Shown piece by piece: positions 9,190-21,200 of a stretch of 21,313 nt of DNA. Both the position numbers and the translations under genes were made by a program. Below the pieces are notes generated by a model that saw only the letters and a list, made by a program, of their open reading frames with translations, did not search any database and was not told the DNA's origin. Origin of the DNA: Macrostomum lignano (lineage: Eukaryota); NCBI GenBank assembly GCA_002269645.1, contig NIVC01002194.1, positions 1 through 21,313 of the forward strand, in the 5' to 3' direction. The stretch's first letter is position 1, and the number at the start of each line of letters is the position of its first letter.

Positions 9190-9487
9190 AATAACAATAC
9201 TAATTGATTACACCTGCCCTAATGGTCAGTTGTGCAACCGACAGCTCAGCCGCAGCTATTGCGCGGCGCATCTGAAGGCTGCGTACGGCTGTTCAGTCCA
9301 AGGACTGGGGGTCGCCACACACACCCTCAATTACCCCAGCTAATGCTGGCACCCATTTTACAGCTGGTTGAACTGAAGCAATGCAGATCGTTAAGTGTCT
9401 TGCTCAAGGACACATATTGTCCCGAGTGGGTCGAGAATCGAACCCCCGACCTTTCAGTCATGAGTCCGACCACTAGGCTTCATCTCC
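9190..9487 (-). mobile_element. tRNA-derived SINE with a CORE-like central domain (3' end approximate)
   Basis: The minus strand reads GGAGATGAAGCCTAGTGG (A-box-like, 9487-9470) and GGTTCGATTCTC (B box, 9444-9433). Then comes TGTGTCCTTGAGCAAGACACTTAAC..CCAGCTGTAAAATGGG (9414-9352), resembling the MIR/CORE domain TGTGACCTTGGGCAAGTTACTTAAC..CATCTGTAAAATGGG. Confidence 0.75.
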
Positions 9488-10210
9488 AAGTTTTTACAAA
9501 CGAAATTTTTTACTCGTACTTCGCTCAAACATGAATATCTTCTGGAAAGATCCGCGAAGCGAATAACGGAGAACGAAAAATCAGACGCACGTATCCCGCG
9601 AGCTATTTCGCTTCCATCTTAATTGTTCGAACCTTGTCTGCAGCCCAGAAACCAGATACGCAGACACAGGTACAGACTGAGATAGAAATCGGACAGAAGT
9701 GAAGTTGGCTCTGCGGAGGGAAATTCGTGAAAAAACAGCAAGAAAAATTTTCAGAGAAAAATGAAACGCCGACGAGACAACCAGGAGCTGAGAGGCGGCT
9801 TGGATACAAAACAATGACTACATGAATTGATGCGAGGCGAATTATTAATCATCAAGCAGGCTCGTACGAAACTGACAGGGAGACATCATGCATCTACGTC
9901 AGTCGCGTCAGACTTAATGCGCCGATGATAAACAACCGATTTCCAGCGAAAATCACCTGACAAATCTCATAATAAACAATGACTGCATGCTTGCCTTTCG
10001 GTGCAAGTGACGAGCAGACAATGGATGCCTTTGTGACTTGTGAGATAGTTGTAGCGGTAGCTACCGTTTCTTTACGATAGCAACCGGCCATAGATGGCTA
10101 AAGCCTTTGACTTGTGCCACAATTTAGTACCAATATTCATGTAGTACAGCTGTTATCGATGTTATCGTTGTACATGTTACTCGTTCTAGACTATTATAAC
10201 AGGGTATTCT

Positions 10211-10683
10211 GGGACGCTAGAATTCGCGCGACTAGATTTCGGGCAAACTGGCATTCGCGCAGCTGCATTAGCGCGGCGCGACTGCATTAGCGCGACTGGA
10301 TTTTGAACAATCTGGAATTCAAGCGACTGGATTCTGCGCGACTGGATTTATTAAATACATGCAAATACTCCTATCTAATCTAAATCTATCTAAAATCTTA
10401 ATTAAATATGGGTTTAAAATCTCTTAAATGAAAAAACCCAATATCTCTACCAGGACTAATAAAGTAGTACGTACTACGTTGCTTAGTTGTCCTTAATTGA
10501 TCTCTACATGTAACTTTCGATCAAATCCAGTCGCTCGAAATCCAATCCTGTCGCGCGAAATATCTAAGTCGCTTGAAATAAGTCTAGAGAAATCAGTAAC
10601 TTCAATTTCAATTCGCGCAAAATCTAGTCGTGCAGAAAACAAGTATAGCGCGAAATCCATGGTCGCGCGAATTCTGCCGTCCT
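10211..10683. mobile_element. Second foldback-type MITE with subrepeated inverted arms
   Basis: Left end GGGACGCTAGAATTCGCGCGAC versus right-end reverse complement AGGACGGCAGAATTCGCGCGAC. The arms carry CGCGACTGGATT / AATCCAGTCGC subrepeats around an AT-rich centre. The flanks GGGTATTCT / GGGATTCCA are at best a degenerate TSD. Confidence 0.7.
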
Positions 10684-11099
10684 GGGATTCCAGTGTTCCA
10701 ATTGAAATCCCTAAGTTTGGAAACCAAAAAATTATCTTAGTGCCGATGATGCACTTTTAGTACCACTAAAAATTGCTTTTCAAATTCATGGTACAATTCA
10801 AAAACAGAATGAGTATAGTGTGTATACATAGAAATGGAAAAGAGCCGGCCACGGAATCATGTGCATCCGGCTGCGCCACTGGGTTTGATTAAAATCTTGG
10901 AAAATTTAAAGAGAATGAAGAAATCTGATTTTGCGTACAGTATATCTATTATATGTAGATGTATTATATGTTTAAATATTATCGCAATAAAGAGTGTATA
11001 TGCGTAATTCCATCTAAAATAAATAAAAATAAATATTTTTACTAAGCATGCTCAAGGCATATGAAGCGTACATAGCTGAAGCTGAACATTAAACATGTA

Positions 11100-11700
11100 A
11101 TACGTGTAGCTTAAGTAAGCAGTCGGGATAGCTGTACTGTAAATGTACTACTCATGTACATGCGCAGAAACAGAGATATATCCGGTTGTTTTCCGCTCAT
11201 TCAGACAACGTGAGCGTATATTTTCTGTTATATCCGAATGAGCGTTAGAACAAAAACTCACCTAAAGCAAAGACATGATTATCTGCGTCCAGTCAGAGAA
11301 ATCCCTAGGACATTTTGATTCTTTTTTTAATGATTTTTCACAGCCGTTAATTTTAATATTAAGCCTAATTTTTTTATATCAGGCTTTTGTTTTTTCCTGG
11401 TCCTTCCTTCTATTTTAGGAAACTAATTCAGTCATTGTGCAATATGCTCGTATAAGCCGACTTCTAGAGACTTGCAGCCTGACTTGTGATAAGTTAGATT
11501 TGGGTTGGTCCGCCTGCGTTTAAATTTCAGGTTTAGTTCACTTTTACGTTTCACCTAGGCCTATACTATTATATGATTTAACTCACCTTCGCTTCACGGA
11601 TCTAGATATTACTTAGTGCTTTAACTTAAGCCAAGGCCTAAAGTGTAGGCCTAACTTCAAAAAATCTCACTCGTCTAGTTTTAGCCCCGGTTCTGGCCTA
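11100..11700 (+). promoter_or_regulatory. CpG-retaining segment, candidate promoter/5' non-coding exon region of the Rho gene
   Basis: About 20 CpG by eye in ~600 nt, immediately followed by 3.3 kb with only 8 CpG leading up to the Rho ATG. The position is consistent with a TSS plus a long 5'UTR intron. No exon boundary is demonstrated. Confidence 0.35.
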
Positions 11701-13690
11701 GTTTTATTGCTTTATTTTTTTTCTGACCCATTAATCCACAATGGCAGCAGCATGATTACCATGATGTCGATGATTCAAATGTCTGGACTCAGCCCCTTGG
11801 CCTTGGCCCTCAGGCATGACTTAGCCTAGGTCTAGTTATAATATATAAATAATAAATATAAGCACTTTTAGGCTTGTGGCCAAGAATATTGCAGATATAC
11901 CACTGTTATTAGGTCAATTCTATGAATCTATCATGTTAGAGCCTATTTAAAGTGTTAAAAGTAGCACCTAAAATAGCAAAACTAGCTTTGTTTTGAATAG
12001 GCCTATTTTTAATTTTACCTTTTTAGACTAGGTCCTAGGTTTAGGTTAGGCTAACTTGCTAAAACTAAAGCCTAAAGGTCTTAGATTGTTATAGGCCTAA
12101 TATGACAATTTTGACTGTATTCATCTTAGACAAAAAATTTTTTACTCTATTGTCTATGCTCTCTAGTCTCTAGTTCCCATAGTCTCAAAGATGTTCCATG
12201 TTACCATGTATCATATATAGGCCTATACCATGAAACTTTTTGACCCTTGTACGTTGCACACCAAGATTATTTAGATATCTCATATGCACTGCACATTGCA
12301 TGTCAAGGGAATGGGAAGGGGCTTATCTACATTGGGTGCCACACACAAGACTAGTAGAAAAAGTTGAAAGCAAAAATGCACTCGTATTTTTTGGGGACTT
12401 TGCTTAAGTAAAAGCAGTGAAGCCTGTTTAAACAAATTAAATTCTTTCTTTTCCATGGATCAGATTACTTTTTTGTCTTTTATTGTATTGCAAAGTTACA
12501 AAAATATGTATGTTATATTAATTTATAATTATTTTTAAAAAATGTTATAATTATAAAAACTTTCATTTAAGACATTGCCAATTTTAAATATCCATGTCTA
12601 GCCAAATCCAAACCTCTATTTTATTTTTGAATCTATTTTGCATGCGGTTATATGCCAAATTTTTTTTGTAAGTATTGCTATATCTAAAGTCTCTTTGCAT
12701 ATATTATTGCATATTGCATAAGGGCCAAAAACCCTTATGCATGCCGCAACTTTGTGGAGAAAACAGCATCTTTGGAAGAGTGGTCTAGTTCTAATAGGCC
12801 TATATAGATGCTATTTAATTTTTCCAACGTAAAAAATATTCTGATTAATAGAACAATGAAATTGATAGATGCTACTTAGGCCTACCTTAAAAGCTAGAAA
12901 AACCAATTGCTAGTATATTTCTAGTATGCTTTTTTGCATATGTTGCTTAACTTTAAGAAAAAATAAGAGAGAAATTTTTACAAATGGCTAAATTGTAGGG
13001 CCTAAGGTTCACATTTCTTATACCTAGAAAAATTTTTTAATATGCTAGTAGACAGTTTCCATGCATTTTGCCTATGCTTTTTGGTACCCCAGATTGCTTT
13101 TTGGTATCCGGTATCCCAGTTTATGATGCCAAAATGATAGGGCCTAATAAAAAAGTAATCTAATCAATTTAATTGCATGCATTTGCTATATCCTATATAT
13201 ACAAATACAAAGTATACTTAGCAAGCATGCTATGAAGACTTGGTTAGGAAGTAAAGATAAAATCTATCAACAATGCTATATGTAGTTTTGATCAAATTCT
13301 ATGACTAGTCTATTATAATAATATTGATTTTTTGAATCACAAAATCATGTTTTATTTCTTGAGAAATCAAATCAAGAGAAAAAAATTAAATGAAATGAAC
13401 CTATTTTTTAATTAACACACTAGATAAGCTTAATAAACTGAATAATATCTTAGTTTTTAAAATAAATAAGTATTGCAAAAACAAAGCAATTACTGCTAAA
13501 TTAGGGCTCACTTTTTATATTTTTGTGTCTAATTCTAATTTATAATTTAGGCACCAAAAAGCAAGCTGAGGCATCAAAATACTAGGCACTGAAAAACATA
13601 GGCACCAAAAAGTGTGGATACCTAGCAGACTAAAGTTGATTGTTCTTTTGGCTCTTAAAGCAGGTGTCATTTACCAAATTTGCTATTCTA

Positions 13691-13860
13691 TTGATCAGAA
13701 TGTTTTCTATATTGGAAAAACCAAAAAATCATCTATATACTAGAGCTAGAGAGCATAGAATAAAAGTTTTTCTGTTTTATTAATCAGAATGTTTTGTATC
13801 TTGGAAAGACCAAATGATATTAGTATATACTTGAGCTAAAAAAGAATAGAAATTTCTGCT
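13691..13860. repeat. Diverged two-copy tandem duplication, period ~89 nt
   Basis: ATCAGAATGTTTT at 13694 and 13783, each followed by TTGGAAA.ACCAAA..TATATACT.GAGCTA. Confidence 0.7.
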
Positions 13861-14973
13861 GTCTAAGTCTACCTTAAATTGTGTTCAGCAACAATAACTT
13901 GATAAAGAATAAGAAATAATTTTCAAAGTAATTTTTTTAAATTAAATAATACAAAACTATAAATATATAAATATTTATGTATTTCAATCTTTATGATCAA
14001 TCAAATATATCAAAGATGTCAAACTATATATACACAACCTTTGAATTTGTTAGGCCTACTTACATATCCTAGTATTTTATTATAACTTATCATTCTTTGC
14101 ATTTTTTTCTTTTTGTATTTTTTCTTCATTCCATTGCTTTTTGTCTTATTTCATTTTTGGTTATAAATTTTATGACTTGTTCTTAGTCTGCCACTATTTA
14201 TCCTAGTTAGAGCCACCATATCTATGCAAAGAACCTAGCTGATCTAAGCATTTTCATAGTAGCACATTGCGCAACCAATCAACCCAAGGCTAAATAAGTA
14301 AGTTGCACATAAAATAAAAACATTAAGAATGAATAAAAGAAAGAATAAAAGAAAAGCCTACATTTGTGATCAAATCAAGAGAGAGAAGCCAGAGAGAAGA
14401 TAGAAAGGATAGAGAGAAGAGAAAAGATTAAAATTGGATATAGAGCAAAGCTATATTTCAAAATGCTTTGTAGATATCAGTGTCTCATATTTTTATATTG
14501 ATATGTTTTACTATGTTACACTAGCCAGGTAAAATTTAGATTGCAAAGGTATGGTCAGCCAGTAGGCTAGCAGTTGTGCATGTATGTTCCAGTCCCTTTG
14601 ACTTTAATTTTTTATATAGAAGTTTTTTTATAAAATATAATTTTTAGTTCATTGACCTCAAATAGTTAAAGTAGGCTGGGGAAGTATGGCCACATAGAAT
14701 GTGAAAGACAGTTAGTTTCCTCAAGGTTATAGTTAATTACAAATAAGCTAAAATTATTGGTGGCATAAATATCTAGCCACTATTTAGAATAAAGGCTCAG
14801 TCTATGAAGCAGCTCTATATTAAACTTAGTTCTAGTTTTTGATTTGCAAATATAGTTTGTGCTGTCTGTTTTATACTTTCATTAGTTTGATTTTGATATT
14901 ACATTTTCACTAATAAACTCTATTTATTGCATGACTAGATAGTAATAAGTTATCAAGTTTGGAATACACATAA

Positions 14974-15174
<201 letters not shown>

Positions 15175-15202
15175 TAACTTGGCATTATTTCAAGCCTGGC
15201 CT

Positions 15203-15224
15203 TAACCCTAACCCTACCCCTAAC
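15203..15224. repeat. Short interstitial telomere-like repeat
   Basis: TAACCC TAACCC TACCCC TAAC, i.e. about 3.7 units of (CCCTAA)n with one mismatch. Confidence 0.5.
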
Positions 15225-15242
15225 GGCTATCATCATATCTCT

Positions 15243-18200
15243 TAAGTGTCGGAGATATAAAGTGTCGGAAATTGAAGTGTAGGAGATTGAAGTGTCGGAG
15301 ATTGAAGTGCCTGAGATTGAAGTGTTGGAGCTATGGAGTGTCTGGGATTGAAGTGTCGGAGATATGGAGTGTCTGGGATTGAAGTGTTGGAGCTATGGAG
15401 TGTCGGAGATATGGAGTGTCTGGGATTGAAGTATCGGATATTGAAGTGTTGGAGATATGGAGTGTCGGAGATATGGAGTGTCGGAGATATGGAGTGTCGG
15501 AGATATGGAGTGTCGGAGATATGGAGTGTCGGAGATATGGAGTGTCGGAGATGTGGAGTGTCGGAGATATGGAGTGTCGGAGATATGGAGTGTCGGAGAT
15601 ATGGAGTGTCGGAGATATGGAGTGTCGGATATTGAAGTGTTGGAGCTATGGAGTGTCTGAGATTGAAGTGTCGGAGATATGGAGTGTCGGAGATATGGAG
15701 TGTCTGGGATTGAAGTGTCGGATATTGAAGTGTTGGAGCTATGGAGTGTCTGAGATTGAAGTGTCGGAGATATGGAGTGTCGGAGATATGGAGTGTCGGA
15801 GATATGAAGTGTCGGAGATATGGAGTGTCGGAGATATGGAGTGTCGGAGATATGGAGTGTCGGAGATATGGAGTGTCGGAGATATGGAGTGTCTGGGATT
15901 GAAGTGTCGGATATTGAAGTGTTGGAGCTATGGAGTGTCTGAGATTGAAGTGTCGGAGATATGGAGTGTCGGAGATATGGAGTGTCGGAGATATGTAGTG
16001 TCGGAGATATGGAGTGTCGGAGATATGGAGTGTCGGAGATATGGAGTGTCGGAGATGTGGAGTGTCGGAGATATGGAGTGTCGGAGATATGGAGTGTCTG
16101 GGATTGAAGTGTCGGAGATATGGAGTGTCGGAGATATGGAGTGTCGGAGATATGGAGTGTCGGAGATGTGGAGTGTCGGAGATATGGAGTGTCGGAGATG
16201 TGGAGTGTTGGAGATGTGGAGTGTCGGAGATATGGAGTGTCGGAGATATGGAGTGTCGGAGAAGTGGAGTGTCGGAGATATGGAGTGTCGGAGCTATGGA
16301 GTGTCTGGGATTGAAGTGTCGGAGATATGAAGTGTCGGATATTGAAGTGTTGGAGCTATGGAGTGTCTGAGATTGAAGTGTCGGAGATATGGAGTGTCTG
16401 GGATTGAAGTGTCGGAGATATGGAGTGTCTGGGATTGAAGTGTTGGAGCTATGGAGTGTCTGAGATTGAAGTGTCGGAGATATGGAGTGTCGGAGATTGA
16501 AGTGTCGGAGATATGGAGTGTCGGAGATATGGAGTGTCTGGGATTGAAGTGTCGGATATTGAAGTGTTGGAGCTATGGAGTGTCTGAGATTGAAGTGTCG
16601 GAGATATGGAGTGTCTGGGATTGAAGTGTCGGAGATATGGAGTGTCGGAGATATGGAGTGTCGGAGATATGGAGTGTCGGAGATATGGAGTGTCGGAGAT
16701 ATGGAGTGTCGGAGATGTGGAGTGTCGGAGATGTGGAGTGTCGGAGATATGGAGTGTCTGAGATTGAAGTGTCGGAGATATGGAGTGTCTGGGATTGAAG
16801 TGTCGGATATTGAAGTGTTGGAGCTATGGAGTGTCTGAGATTGAAGTGTCGGAGATATGGAGTGTCGGAGATATGGAGTGTCGGAGATATGGAGTGTCGG
16901 AGATATGGAGTGTCGGAGATATGGAGTGTCGGAGATATGGAGTGTCGGAGATGTGGAGTGTCGGAGATATGGAGTGTCGGAGATATGGAGTGTCTGGGAT
17001 TGAAGTGTCGGATATTGAAGTGTTGGAGCTATGGAGTGTCTGAGATTGAAGTGTCGGAGATATGGAGTGTCGGAGATATGGAGTGTCGGAGATATGGAGT
17101 GTCGGAGATATGGAGTGTCGGAGATATGGAGTGTCGGATATTGAAGTGTTGGAGCTATGGAGTGTCTGAGATTGAAGTGTCGGAGATATGGAGTGTCTGG
17201 GATTGAAGTGTCGGAGATATGGAGTGTCTGGGATTGAAGTGTTGGAGCTATGGAGTGTCGGAGATATGGAGTGTCGGAGATTGAAGTGTCGGAGATATGG
17301 AGTGTCGGAGATATGGAGTGTCTGGGATTAAAGTGTCGGATATTGAAGTGTTGGAGCTATGGAGTGTCTGAGATTGAAGTGTCGGAGATATGGAGTGTCG
17401 GAGATATGGAGTGTCGGAGATATGAAGTGTCGGAGATATGGAGTGTCGGAGATATGGAGTGTCGGAGATATGGAGTGTCGGAGATATGGAGTGTCGGAGA
17501 TATGGAGTGTCTGGGATTGAAGTGTCGGATATTGAAGTGTTGGAGCTATGGAGTGTCTGAGATTGAAGTGTCGGAGATATGGAGTGTCGGAGATATGGAG
17601 TGTCGGAGATATGTAGTGTCGGAGATATGGAGTGTCGGAGATATGGAGTGTCGGAGATATGGAGTGTCGGAGATGTGGAGTGTCGGAGATATGGAGTGTC
17701 GGAGATATGGAGTGTCTGGGATTGAAGTGTCGGAGATATGGAGTGTCGGAGATATGGAGTGTCGGAGATATGGAGTGTCGGAGATGTGGAGTGTCGGAGA
17801 TATGGAGTGTCGGAGATGTGGAGTGTTGGAGATGTGGAGTGTCGGAGATATGGAGTGTCGGAGATATGGAGTGTCGGAGATGTGGAGTGTCGGAGATATG
17901 GAGTGTCGGAGCTATGGAGTGTCTGGGATTGAAGTGTCGGAGATATGAAGTGTCGGATATTGAAGTGTTGGAGCTATGGAGTGTCTGAGATTGAAGTGTC
18001 GGAGATATGGAGTGTCTGGGATTGAAGTGTCGGAGATATGGAGTGTCTGGGATTGAAGTGTTGGAGCTATGGAGTGTCTGAGATTGAAGTGTCGGAGATA
18101 TGGAGTGTCGGAGATTGAAGTGTCGGAGATATGGAGTGTCGGAGATATGGAGTGTCTGGGATTGAAGTGTCGGAGATATGGAGTGTCGGAGATATGGAGT

Positions 18201-21200
18201 GTCGGAGATATGGAGTGTCGGAGATATGGAGTGTCGGAGATATGGAGTGTCGGAGATATGGAGTGTCGGAGATGTGGAGTGTCGGAGATGTGGAGTGTCG
18301 GAGATATGGAGTGTCTGAGATTGAAGTGTCGGAGATATGGAGTGTCTGGGATTGAAGTGTCGGATATTGAAGTGTTGGAGCTATGGAGTGTCTGAGATTG
18401 AAGTGTCGGAGATATGGAGTGTCGGAGATATGGAGTGTCGGAGATATGGAGTGTCGGAGATATGGAGTGTCGGAGATATGGAGTGTCGGAGATATGGAGT
18501 GTCGGAGATGTGGAGTGTCGGAGATATGGAGTGTCGGAGATATGGAGTGTCTGGGATTGAAGTGTCGGATATTGAAGTGTTGGAGCTATGGAGTGTCTGA
18601 GATTGAAGTGTCGGAGATATGGAGTGTCGGAGATATGGAGTGTCGGAGATATGGAGTGTCGGAGATATGGAGTGTCGGAGATATGGAGTGTCGGAGATGT
18701 GGAGTGTCGGAGATATGGAGTGTCGGAGATACGGAGTGTCGGAGATATGGAGTGTCGGAGATATGAAGTGTCGGAGATTGAAGTGTCGGAGATATGGAGT
18801 GTCGGAGATATGGAGTGTCTGGGATTGAAGTGTCGGATATTGAAGTGTTGGAGATATGGAGTGTCGGAGATATGGAGTGTCGGAGATATGGAGTGTCGGA
18901 GATATGGAGTGTCGGAGATGTGGAGTGTCGGAGATATGGAGTGTCGGAGATATGGAGTGTCGGAGATATGGAGTGTCGGAGATGTGGAGTGTCGGAGATG
19001 TGGAGTGTTGGAGATGTGGAGTGTCGGAGATATGGAGTGTCGGAGCTATGGAGTGTCTGGGATTGAAGTGTCGGAGATATGAAGTGTCGGATATTGAAGT
19101 GTTGGAGCTATGGAGTGTCGGAGATTGAAGTGTCGGAGATATGGAGTGTCTGGGATTGAAGTGTCGGAGATATGGAGTGTCTGGGATTGAAGTGTTGGAG
19201 CTATGGAGTGTCTGAGATTGAAGTGTCGGAGATATGGAGTGTCGGAGATTGAAGTGTCGGAGATATGGAGTGTCTGGGATTGAAGTGTCGGATATTGAAG
19301 TGTTGGATATGGAGTGTCTGAGATTGAAGTGTCGGAGATATGGAGTGTCTGGATTGAAGTGTCGGAGATATGGAGTGTCGGAGATATGGAGTGTCGGAGA
19401 TATGGAGTGTCGGAGATATGGAGTGTCGGAGATATGGAGTGTCTGGGATTGAAGTGTCGGATATTGAAGTGTTGGAGATATGGAGTGTCTGAGATTGAAG
19501 TGTCGGAGATATGGAGTGTCGGAGATATGGAGTGTCGGAGATATGGAGTGTCGGAGATATGGAGTGTCGGAGATATGGAGTGTCGGAGATATGGAGTGTC
19601 GGAGATGTGGAGTGTCGGAGATATGGAGTGTCGGAGATATGGAGTGTCTGGGATTGAAGTGTCGGAGATATGGAGTGTCGGAGATATGGAGTGTCGGAGA
19701 TATGGAGTGTCGGAGATATGGAGTGTCGGAGATATGGAGTGTCTGGGATTGAAGTGTCGGATATTGAAGTGTTGGAGCTATGGAGTGTCTGAGATTGAAG
19801 TGTCGGAGATATGGAGTGTCGGAGATATGGAGTGTCGGAGATATGGAGTGTCGGAGATATGGAGTGTCGGAGATATGGTGTCGGAGATATGGAGTGTCGG
19901 AGATGTGGAGTGTCGGAGATATGGAGTGTCGGAGATATGGAGTGTCTGGGATTGAAGTGTCGGATATTGAAGTGTTGGAGCTATGGAGTGTCTGAGATTG
20001 AAGTGTCGGAGATATGGAGTGTCGGAGATATGGAGTGTCGGAGATATGGAGTGTCGGAGATATGGAGTGTCGGAGATATGGAGTGTCGGAGATGTGGAGT
20101 GTCGAGATATGGAGTGTCGGAGATATGGAGTGTCGGAGATATGAAGTGTCGGAGATTGAAGTGTCGGAGATATGGAGTGTCGGAGATATGGAGTGTCTGG
20201 GATTGAAGTGTCGGATATTGAAGTGTTGGAGCTATGGAGTGTCTGAGATTAAAGTGTTGGAGCTATGGAGTGTCGGAGATATGGAGTGTCTGAGATTGAA
20301 GTGTCGGAGATATGGAGTGTCGGAGATATGGAGTGTCGGAGATATGGAGTGTCGGAGATATGGAGTGTCGGAGATGTGGAGTGTCGGAGATATGGAGTGT
20401 CGGAGATATGGAGTGTCGGAGATGTGGAGTGTCGGAGATATGGAGTGTCGGAGATATGGAGTGTCGGAGATATGGAGTGTCGGAGATGTGGAGTGTCGGA
20501 GATATGAAGTGTCGGAGATTGAAGTGTCGGAGATATGGAGTGTCGGAGATATGGAGTGTCGGAGATATGGAGTGTCTGGGATTGAAGTGTCGGAGATATG
20601 GAGTGTCGGAGATATGGAGTGTCGGAGATATGGAGTGTCTGGGATTGAAGTGTCGGAGATGTGGAGTGTCGGAGATATGGAGTGTCGGAGATATGGAGTG
20701 TCGGAGATATGGAGTGTCTGGGATTGAAGTGTCGGAGATATGGAGTGTCGGAGATATGGAGTGTCGGAGATATGGAGTGTCGGAGATATGGAGTGTCGGA
20801 GATATGGAGTGTCGGAGATATGGAGTGTCGGAGATGTGGAGTGTCGGAGATATGGAGTGTCGGAGATATGGAGTGTCTGGGATTGAAGTGTCGGATATTG
20901 AAGTGTTGGAGCTATGGAGTGTCTGAGATTGAAGTGTCGGAGATATGGAGTGTCGGAGATATGGAGTGTCGGAGATATGGAGTGTCGGAGATATGGAGTG
21001 TCGGAGATATGGAGTGTCGGAGATGTGGAGTGTCGGAGATATGGAGTGTCGGAGATATGGAGTGTCGAGATATGAGTGTCGGAGATATGAAGTGTCGGAG
21101 ATTGAAGTGTCGGAGATATGGAGTGTCGGAGATATGGAGTGTCTGGGATTGAAGTGTCGGATATTGAAGTGTTGGAGCTATGGAGTGTCTGAGATTAAAG

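Noticed and set aside
9660-9930. K/R/E-rich stop-interrupted frames faintly like an RTE LINE linker
   Set aside because: No endonuclease or reverse transcriptase motif was seen.
10866-10882. CCGGCTGCGCCACTG resembling a MITE right terminus
   Set aside because: No matching left terminus or TSD in the window.
11257-11600. Minus-strand GTGAGT donors (~11261 and 11586) suggesting micro-exons of a divergent gene
   Set aside because: The acceptors are weak and no coherent reading frame could be assembled.
14924-14934. TTTATTGCATG reminiscent of a flatworm spliced-leader 3' end, upstream of Rho
   Set aside because: Only 11 nt in very AT-rich DNA, with no following GT donor or Sm site. A leader would not be encoded in cis here.
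15333-21152. Dozens of long ORFs with MECRRYGVSEIWSVGD repeats
   Set aside because: The 16-nt unit lacks stops in all frames. The ORFs overlap in all three frames, shift at every 15-mer and lie behind a splice donor, so they are satellite artefacts. CRISPR is also excluded because there are no unique spacers.
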